Source: Octopus vulgaris
Lineage: Eukaryota
Reading direction: 5' to 3'
NCBI GenBank assembly: GCA_951406725.2
Contig: OX597829.1
Location: 27,776,001 to 27,840,000 of the forward strand
Length of the DNA: 64,000 nt
In this document: positions 54,165 through 64,000 of the stretch, one piece after another
Layout: each line of letters begins with the position of its first letter
Numbering within the stretch: position 1 is the stretch's first letter
The notes under the pieces: model-generated
What the model saw: the letters and a program-made list of their open reading frames with translations, nothing else
The model's database searches: none
Told to the model about the DNA's origin: nothing
Made by a program: the position numbers and the translations under genes

Positions 54165-54853
54165 AAAAGATGACTAAATTGTGGGGGGTTAAGCCCCCAT
54201 TAAGGGTCTTACTAATTCCTAAGTAGTTGAAATTTTAGGAATACTACTTTATATGTGTCTAATATCTATGGTTGAAATTTCATCAACAGCAAAAATATAT
54301 GAATTTTCATGGGGGTTATGGCCTCATTTATGCCCCCTCACTTTCAAGCATATACTGCATTACATCTGTCCTTATGCAAAGAATATAATTTCCAAATTTC
54401 AAAAAGATCCATTCAGTACTTTTGACCTAGTTTTGGATCATAAAAAATGACTAAAATTTGGGAGTTAAGGACCCCATTAAGGGGTCTTAGAATCCTCATG
54501 AAAAGCAGAAACTTCGAGAATACTTCTTGATGTGTTTCAATTACCTATTGTTGAAGTTTCATCAACATTGGAAATTTATGAATTTTTATAGTGGGGTTCT
54601 GCCCCCTTTAAGCCACCTCAAATTCAAAGCAAACATACTCATTATACCTGCCCTTATGCATTGAATCTAAGTTCCAAATATCATAAGGATCCATTCAGTA
54701 ATTTTGGTGTATAAAATTGTATGAAACATAGCTTTACCCTTCTCCCTAAGATTGGATTTTGTGTTCCAAATTTCATTAGGATTGGTCCAGTAGTTTTCGA
54801 GTCTATAAGTAACACACAGACACACATAAAGACATTGACTTTTATATAATAGA
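54165..54853 (-). mobile_element. Helitron-like element with two ~280-bp internal repeats
   Basis: atgactaaa.t...g.gttaag..ccccattaagg.gtctta occurs at ~54170 and ~54448; minus strand starts a|TCTATTATATAAAAG; 3' end not located. Confidence 0.5.
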
Positions 54854-56610
54854 TATAAATATGCACATATACATACGTGTATGTGTGTGTGTATTATATA
54901 TAGATACACAGAAAGCTACTTTGATATACGCAATTGAGTGGGCAAACAAAAATATGAGACACTGCCTTGAAGAATTTCTTGTCAGAATGAATTTGACCCC
55001 AGTGTTTTTAGTTTTTATTTTGATAAGCCTGGTACTTATTCTATCAGTCTCTCCTTGTCAAACCAGTAAGTTATGGCAATGTAAATAAACAAACACTAGT
55101 TGTCAAGCAGTGATGAAGGAGAAACACAGGCACACACATATATATATATGTATGTATATATGTATATATATATGTATGTATATGTATATATATATATGCA
55201 TGTATATATGTGTACATATTACATATACATCTCTCTATATATACATACATACATAAACATATAAATCTATATATATATATACATACGTGCAGATGCTTAC
55301 ATATATAATTTATATATAATGTATGTATGCATGTATATATATAATGTATGTATGCATGTATATATATAATGTACGTGTGCATGTATATACGTGAGATATA
55401 TATGTGGGATTTAAGTTTCACTTCAATAGTTTCAGTATTAATAGTGAAACTTTTAAACTGAAAGTATCTCACATTACAATATAGATGTTATTATTTCACT
55501 TTTGACACAATACTGAAATAGTGTAAGAGATAAGGGATTGCTCCGGGCTTGCATTAGGCAAGAAGCTGAAAAGCATGATTTGGCCCTGACACTGCATGGA
55601 CCCTAAGTAAGGTATGTGTAAAATTTGAAGGAAACCGGTTGTGTAGTTCTCGAGTTTTGGGAATTCACACAGACAAGACACACATTCTAATCTTTATATC
55701 TACTAGCTGTTTGTCTGTTTGGTTATTAGACCATTCACGGATGCACCTCTGCACTGAAAGTAATCGTTACTAGTACTTCAAACTCTTCGGTTGCAATATT
55801 TGTGTGAATAAAATCGTTTTTTTTCTTTTGCTGGTGTCTCAAATTTAGGCTAAATCAGTGTTCCTCAAAGAGGAGGCCTATGGGACGGTCGGACAAGTTG
55901 TTTTGAGAAAATTTGGTATAAATGTTTGACAACTCAGCACCGTCCATTGCTCGTTATCAATAATAATGATGATGTATATTAGATGTAAGAAATTATTCAA
56001 ACAAGACAAGTTTGGATGAAAACTTATGTCAAGTAAATAATACCTTCCTTTACATATCTACATTTATCTACGAAAGTTGGAATCAAAGAAATGAAACAAC
56101 TGAGCATGATGGCAAAATACAGAGAAAGAGAAAATAGGACATAATAAGGCAAGGAGATATTGGAAATAAAATTGACAATTATTAACACAATGGTTTTTAG
56201 TGGAGCTCTAAGATTTCTGATCGTTACAAGATGTTTTTTAGTTATTTGTGTAGTGAACGGGCGCGCGCGCGAGTATGCGTGCGTACGTGTGTTGAATTCA
56301 AAAGCGAAAAAGGATCAGAGGAACGCGAAAGAGGAAGGGGAGAGTCACAGTTGAAAGAACGGAGCCAAGGAAAAGACAGAGAGAGAGAGAGAAATAGAGA
56401 TTTAGAGAGAGGGTGACAAAGACAGTAGAGTGTTATACGTTGCTATGATACGTTTAAAAGAGAGATGCTGCTATTAACAGAGAGGGGGAAAAAAGAGAGA
56501 TGCATTCACACGCTCACAGAGACACAACAGATCACGTGGCCAAATGGAAAGCTCAACCGACATGTCACATGACCAACAGTAAAAGAGTAAAATGACTGAT
56601 TTTATGTTAA

Positions 56611-57007
56611 CTAGCAGTATCGCCCGGCGTTGCTCGGGTTTGTAAGGGAAATAACTATATAAGCATTTTTAGAGAGTTATAGCCAAAAAGTAGCAAAAAC
56701 ATGCATTAAAAATGGAAAAAAAATTATGGTAAATTTTTTTTTAAATCGTTGACTCATCGTAGACATTTTTAAAGAGTTACTTCCCTTATATAATAGCGAA
56801 AAAATGCATTAAATGGAAAAAAATGATGGTAAATTATTTTTAAAATCGTAGACTCATCGTAGACGCGCGCTAATACCCAGAAGGGCTCGATATGAATGAC
56901 GACTATAAGATACCCGGTTTTGGTTAAACTGCACCGCAAAATGTGGGAGTAGTTAGGAATCTAAATCGTAGGAGACACACACACAACTTCTCTTTTATAT
57001 ATAAAGA
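56611..57007 (-). mobile_element. Non-autonomous Helitron, complete
   Basis: Reverse complement of the 52892-53243 type with TC and hairpin-CTAG termini at an A|T site. Confidence 0.87.
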
Positions 57008-57553
57008 TATTGTTTTAGTGTTATTTATTAAATATATTGTAAGATGTAACTATTGTGAAAGTTAATATATAAAAAAAAACAACAACATTGTTTTATGGCT
57101 GGTTGAGAATGCAGTGGGGACACCATAAATCTAACAAAAAAGAAATCCCATTTCTTCTTGACCATGTAGCAAGGAAGCCAATCTGTCTATTTATTCAAAG
57201 CTGTAAGCAATATTTATTACATCAGAACCACAAGACAGTTAATTCTGTATAACAGCCGTACGCTTTAAGTATTGCTCAAAAACAAAAACAAAAATTGATT
57301 CAAAATTTTATCGAAAAGCGTACACTCCATGGTGTACTGATGTTTCTTTAGCAAGAAATGTAGCTTGCTATATAATGTTTCTTTGGCAGGCTATGTTCTG
57401 GATGCATGTTACTTTTTTTTTGTTTTTAATTTTAAAATCCCGTTTCATAAATATAGAACGGAGTAATATGATTAGAAGGAAGTAGTACTGTGTTTGTTTT
57501 CTCTTGAAAACGGATATTGTATGAGTTATAAAATATATTTTCATAGAAATTTT

Positions 57554-57695
57554 GGGGTAATTTTTCAGAGTAACACCCGTATGATTTTCACTAAGAAAAA
57601 AAAAAAAAAGAACTCCGAAAAATTACCTTTTTGGGTAATTTTTCAGAGTAACACCTGCACGATTTTCACTAAGAAAAAAAAAAAAAAAAAAGAAC
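57554..57695. repeat. Tandem duplication of a ~78-bp unit
   Basis: gggtaatttttcagagtaacacc...gattttcactaagaaaaaaaa...gaac twice. Confidence 0.75.
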
Positions 57696-60600
57696 CCGGA
57701 TTTTTTTGCGTGGAATCAAGTAACCTGACCTCCTAATATACTGCAAATTCCTTATTTTGGTTCGGAAGGGGGGGGGGGGCGAAATCTCCCCAGGTCCCGG
57801 GTTCATTGGAATTTTTTTTTTTTTTCGTTAAATGAATTCCTGTGACATCCTAATATGCTACAAAATCCTTTTTGGTGTTCGTAAAACGGAGTGGGGTGAG
57901 GTGGAAGCCTCGGAAATTTCACCCATCCCATTGATCTTTTCAAGTTTAGGGTTAAGGTTAGGGAAATCCGTCCCGGATTCATTGGAATTTTTTTTCCTTA
58001 GTGAAAATCATGCAGTAAAGTATGTAATATAGGACCATGGATCATATTGTTCGAGACATTTCCTTATTCAACAAAATGGCACCAAATACAATAAACAATA
58101 TATTTCCAAACTACAGAACTTAACTCATACCCTTATTGCTTGAGCCTTGAAGAAATAGCAGCCAAATGATCCTCAAACCACATTTTACTATTTTTTTTAA
58201 AATGCAAAAAATGGAAATTTAAACCGGGATGATGAACTTTCTGGATACATTGTCTTGTGGATAGTCTATAGTGTAAAATGTCTTTGATTATAGGTTTGTC
58301 TGAACTAAATCTGACAGCAAGTAGACAAAACAAGAAAAACCATAGCAACCACAACAAACCATCTTCATAATATAACTGGGTTTTGTCTCTCAAAAGTCTG
58401 AGTTTTTTTTCTTTGGTATTAACATCTTCACCCAGAGTAAATAAATGAATAAAAGGCTCAGTTAAACAATTGTATTTGCAAATATTTTTCGAAGTAGAAG
58501 GAATTTTCAGTATTTTTAATTTTGAAGAGTTGGAAGAATTTTCTGATTTCTAAAGTAGAAAGAATTTCTCTAATTTTGACAGCAAATGGAATTTTTCTCG
58601 TTTTCTAATTTTTAAAGTGGAAGTAAGGAATTTAATTTTCATCTTTTTTTGTTCTCCTCTTCAACGAAAAATAAAAAAAAGATGTAGAGTATAAACTGCT
58701 ACATGTTTCCATCTCTACACTTTCATGTAAAAAAGGATTTCTTTTCAAAAGAAAAAAGAAAAAATACTTCTATTTCTTTTTTTTTAGTTTTTTTCTTTGT
58801 TTGCAGTTTCCTTTATTTTTAGTTGAAAGTCAGTGACAAATGGAAGTTAATAACAGTGATAGAAAGAAACTACTACAGAAAGGAAGACAGACAGATAGAG
58901 AGAGAGAGAGAGAGAGAAGTGGGTAGTTAGAGTCTTGGGAGAATACTTGAATAAATTGAAAGGAAATCCTTCTTGATTTGAGGTCTCTGTCGACATGAAT
59001 GGAGACAGATGGATTAACTATAAAAGAAACTTAATTTTCACAACACTGTATTCTCTGAATACATAAATAATACCATCACAACCATGACCATCACCATCAG
59101 CATTAAATATATGCATACACACACATATCTGTGTTTATATATAAATATAAATATTTGGATGTGTATGTATGTATAGCAGAAATACAAATATGTTCAAGTA
59201 TTATCTTTTTTATTAAGCCTTCTTTTATTTTTTTTTTCCAAATTTGCTTATAAATCATTTTATGTTTAGTTTGAAACAATTACATTCCAAAATCGTTTTG
59301 AAACCTTTAGAATCTCTTTTTTCCAAATTAAAATTTATACAAATACTAACATACCCTCTCTCTCCTTACATACACATTTACACCTGCAAACATGCGTGTG
59401 CATGCACATACACACACTGTATAATTATTATATTCAATATTTTTATACCTACTTTTCCATGGTTGCCATTTGTTACATTCCTTTGTCAGTTCCCAACATT
59501 TGGAGACCAGATTTCACCATTTTTGCCCATGTCTTCCTTGGTCTTCTACTTGAATCTCCAGAAATTTATCTATCTGTTGTCAACCATACTACATGGAACA
59601 CAGCCTCACCAATACTGTCATTTCTTTTGCACACTACACATATTACATGTGATTTTTTTTATACACAGTAATATATCATCATCATTGTCATCATTTAATG
59701 TCCTTCTTCAACGCTGGTATGCAGTGGATGGTTTGATAGGAACTCGCAAGTCAGATGACTGTGCAAAGCTCCAATGTCTACTTTGGCATGGTTTCTATAG
59801 CTGAATGCTCTTCCTGATGCCAACCACTTTTCAGAATGTATTGGGTGCTTTTTACATGACACCAACAGTAGTGAGGTCAGCAAATAACTTACAAGACAAG
59901 ACTCCTCAAGCCTGGTACCTAGTCTATCACTCTTTTGCTGAACTGCTAGGTTACAAAGATGTAAACAAACCAACACCAGTTGTCAAACCCGAACATACAT
60001 ATGTACATATACACATGTAAATATATGTACGACTATGTATGTATATGACATACATTTACATATGTATGCATATGTGTATATATACATGTTTATACATATG
60101 TGTATATCTACATGTATGGTATATGTATGATGGGAGGAACAGATTTATTATTGGCTGTGAATATCAGAAAAGAGACTAACAGAAACGGTGGGGAGGTGTA
60201 ATAAGTAGGGGGGTGGGGTGGAATGTAGTGTCAGGGGTTAAAGAGAGAGACAGACAGAGCGTGATGAGTATGGCAGGGTGCATTGAATAGGAGGAGAGTC
60301 AGTGCTATTCACATTGTATATGGGTGAATGAAAGCGGCTGAAAGGGTGCTAGAAAGAGAGACGAAAATGATAGTTATAAGGGAGCGAGCATATTCTCAAA
60401 GTGACATCTGCAAGAAAGTAACTAGATGAGAGAGCAAGATGACACAAGGATAAGGAAGAGGGGGTGAACGTTATATGAGCAATGTACATATACACACATA
60501 CACATAGATGTATTAATATATGTGTGTAGATGTGCATATACACAAGTCTTACATATGTAAATGTGTGTGTGCGTGTTGAGTACACATATGGATATATACA

Positions 60601-61115
60601 CATACGTTTTCTGAATTGACACATGTCAACTAAAACCTGTCTGAATTTGTCCAATACAGAATACAAAAATTGTTTTGTCTAAGCAGACAATTTAATTTAC
60701 TCAGTATATTAATCTTTTCTTTTTCTTTGTTTTAAACTTGTGTTGTGTTGGCCTCGATTTGTGTTGATTTGTAAAAAAAAATGTTTTTAGCAGTCCCAAA
60801 ATGTGTCAAAACAGCTCAAGTTGCTGTTTAGCCCAAGGTCATCTCTGATTTAACAAGCTTATAAATGGCAGTATTCCCATTGTGGCTACCCTGTGTCTTC
60901 AAGTGTATCTTAGACTTCATTTTCAGTTTCTGTCTACTAAATCCACTCACAAGGCTTTGGTCACCCTGAGACTATAGTAAAAGACAACCAAGGCACCATG
61001 CCATGGAACTGAACCCAAAATCATGTGGTTGAGAAGCAATATTCTTACCACACAGCCATGCCACACACACACATATATATGTACATATATAATATGTATA
61101 TATATATAATATGTG

Positions 61116-61146
<31 letters not shown>

Positions 61147-62645
61147 CTATATATATATATATATACATATATATATAAAATTGTCATTTAACGTCTGTTG
61201 TCCATGCTAGCGTGGTTGGACAGTTTGATTAGAGCTGGCTGATAAGCTGAGGGGCTGCACCAGACTCCAGTCTGATTTGGCATATAAATAGATGCTCTTC
61301 CTAACACCAACTGCTCCAAGTGTAATGGGTGCTGCTGCATGCCATGACTACAATTTCACTCGTCTTGATGGATCTTCCTTCTCAAGCGCAGCATATTGTC
61401 AAAGGATGGATCTTTCTCATCAAGCTACTCACAAAGCCTTGGTTGGCTCCAGACTAAAATATAAGACACTTTCTGAAGGTGTCACTCAGGGGACTGAGCC
61501 TAAAACTATATGGTTGGGGAGCAAACTTCTTAACCAAACAGCCTGCCTGCTCCCGTCATTAAATAAAAAAAAAAGAAAAGAAAAAGAACTAGACAAAAGA
61601 TTTACAGCTGTAAAACAGCCATAGGTCTGCTTCAGGATGATCTGAAGTTACACAACAACAGTAATTCCATCCTCAGGTGTTTCTGACAAAAGATAAATAC
61701 ATTTCATTTCAGAAGAATACATCTTATTATTGATTAATTGTATTTATTATTTTATTTCACTACCAACTATTATCTATTATTGATTTAACACATTTCTTCA
61801 ACTTGAAACACAGTTCATCTCACTTAAAACCTGATATGTCGGTCATACATTTTCGTTCTACAATGTTTTACCTGATGTTGATATTCATGTTGTATGTATG
61901 TATGTATGTATATCTGTATGCATGTGTGTATGTATGAATGTGTGTGCATGTATGTAAGAGAAGCAATAAAGTTACATTGATGTTTGGCATATAGAACAAT
62001 AAAATACACACCAGACTAAATGGAAGGTGAAGTGCAGAACATTGATTGACTAAAACCTTCAAAATGTTGTTCTAGCATTGTTGTATCCCAATGACTGAAA
62101 CAGAGCTGCTTTTTTCTTAACAATGTATCATTGCTATTATGTTAAACTGTCGTACGTCCAAATTTGGCCAAATGTAGTTTCTTTTCCAATATTCAATTTT
62201 GCTTGCATCTCTAGCTGCTTCAGATGAAAGTTGTTAAAGTGTAGTACAATGGTTTAGCATTTTGAAAAGTGTAGTAAGCCCCACATACAACAGTTTTGCA
62301 AAAAATATTTCTGACTGAAAATATCATACGTAATCAAAAAAGTATTGTTGTTAAGTTGAAAAAGAAATGGAATGGTGAACCTATTGTATGTTGTCTAGCA
62401 GAGTAAGGAAATCTGTATCAATGTATTTTGTCTACCCCATTCATGCAGTCAAAACTACCTTTTAAAATGATATATATATATATAAATTTATATGTTTATG
62501 TATGTATATGTATATATTATACATGTGTGTGTGTGTTTGTGTGTATACTCTTTTACTTGTTTCAGTCATTTGAACCTCAAACCATGTGGTTGGGAAGCAA
62601 GCTTCTTATGAAACAGCCATGCCTACGCCTATAAATATATATATA

Positions 62646-62963
62646 CTAGCAGTATCGCCCGGCTTCATGAGGGAGGGAAGAAGGGGGAGAAGCAAACAGG
62701 TGCAGGTGTGACCATGGACGCCAACTCCATCGCCATCGACACACGAAAAATTATGCATTAAAATGGAATAAAAAATGATGTTAAATTATTTTTAAAATCG
62801 TAGACTCATCGTTGACGCGCACTAATACTCAGACGGGCTCGATATGAATCACGACTATAAGATACCCGAATTTGGTTAAACTGCACCGCAAAATGTGGGA
62901 GTAGTTAGGAATCTAAATCGAAGGGGACAGACACTCACACAACTACAGTTTTATATATATAGA
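62646..62963 (-). mobile_element. Non-autonomous Helitron with internal deletion through the 3' hairpin
   Basis: ctagcagtatcgcccggc joined directly to ttcatgagggaggg; the rest matches the 52386 family to the TC end. Confidence 0.82.
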
Positions 62964-63030
62964 TTTCATGGTAAACTTCGACAGACTTCAGCCATGTCCC
63001 TGCTCTATTCTTTTGTTTTTGAAATTATGT

Positions 63031-63115
63031 TTCATCTGATGATTACAGTTTTTTGCAATGAAGTAATGTTTTCATTCTTTTATTTAAAAAATGACTAAGA
63101 AACAGCTGTAACGAA
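63031..63115 (+). ncRNA. Type I hammerhead motif with extended stem II
   Basis: ttcat-CTGATGA-(56 nt, tta...tttttt/aaaaaa...taa)-GAAACAGCTGTA-acgaa; stem I 4/5 paired, the mismatch explainable as CpG decay. Confidence 0.55.
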
Positions 63116-63195
63116 TTGACAATTATCCATCATTTGTTGTTATTCATTTGATACATATGTGTGTGTGTGTGAGGCATAAGAATGTCTATTTCAAT

Positions 63196-63256
63196 TTTAG
63201 GACTAAATGATACTGAATTTGGTTTTGATCCAAATCCAGCATCATTTAGTCCTAAA
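63196..63256. other. 61-nt hairpin, 27-bp stem
   Basis: tttaggactaaatgatactgaatttgg / ccaaatccagcatcatttagtcctaaa with two differences; 7-nt loop. Confidence 0.8.
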
Positions 63257-64000
63257 GTTTACCTATTTATTTTACTTGGCAGTGCTTATGATCATTGCAG
63301 GCTCTCATGATAAATATGGTTGAAACCTTTAATGTTCTATTTATACTATTCCCAGTAAGTAGACACGTGCAAGAGAGACATAAGTAGGGAGAAGATTATT
63401 CCTGAAGGACAATGTTCTACAGTTAAGGACTGAATATAGTGGATTTTGCAAGGCCCCAGCTGATTAGACCTAACAAGAGGAATGAAAGGGAGAGAGTCAA
63501 ATTGGAAGCGGTATAAGAGCAACCAGCTCTCAGAAACTTTGGTATTTTAGATAACTTTCAATGTTTTTACTTTCAAGTTCTTCTGGATTCTGTTACTTGA
63601 TTTACCTTTATCTTTATCATCTTATCCTAAATGTTAACATCAAATTCCATAATACAGCAAACAAACAACATCGCTAGATAAGAAGTCTGTAAAGTATGTA
63701 AGGTTTTCACAAGACGGTGATAGGACAGTGTTGAATATAAGTCACTAATTGCATGAACGGTCTATTGATTAAATCTAGAATTTACTGCACATTATAGGAA
63801 ATTATCTAAAACACATAGTTAACTCTTTAGCATTTAAACTGGCCAAAATATTCTATGGTCAAACTGACCAGATCCAGAGTCTCACATCTATGCAACAACA
63901 ATGTCATATTAAAAAATAAGCAAAATCTTGAAGCTACAAGATAATGTATGATTAATTCAAAATAAAGCGTCTTAAACATTTGACAGAATAATCTGATTGC

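Noticed and set aside
59244-59804. 186-aa ORF (and the similar 158-aa ORF at 44065-44541)
   Set aside because: Low-complexity F/I/L-rich translation of T-rich DNA partly overlapping repeats; non-ATG start; no recognisable domain.

Overview
Repeat-dominated, AT-rich eukaryotic DNA, very probably from an octopus (inferred from the characteristic tRNA-headed SINE families and the abundant (TA)n/(CA)n tracts). I find no intact host protein-coding gene, rRNA, tRNA gene or CRISPR array, and the longest ORFs in the track are microsatellite artefacts. The window holds dozens of SINE copies from at least four families, non-autonomous Helitrons (including a head-to-tail pair), several MITE types, a decayed mariner transposase, and decayed R4/Dong-like and Tx1-like LINE ends. 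Three things stand out. (i) A complete 2.9-kb foldback element at 36268-39167 has ~1.3-kb near-identical arms, GGTAC ends, a perfect 9-bp target duplication and the same SINE in both arms. (ii) Several minimal type I hammerhead-ribozyme motifs are present: one apparently intact at 47279-47329, plus a GAAACAGCTGTA family with a long stem II. (iii) A 1.8-kb ORF1-only (half-L1-like) retroelement sits, with a 12-bp duplication, inside a SINE head at the centre of a four-level nest. Everything was read by eye; repeat boundaries are approximate unless a TSD or terminus is quoted.
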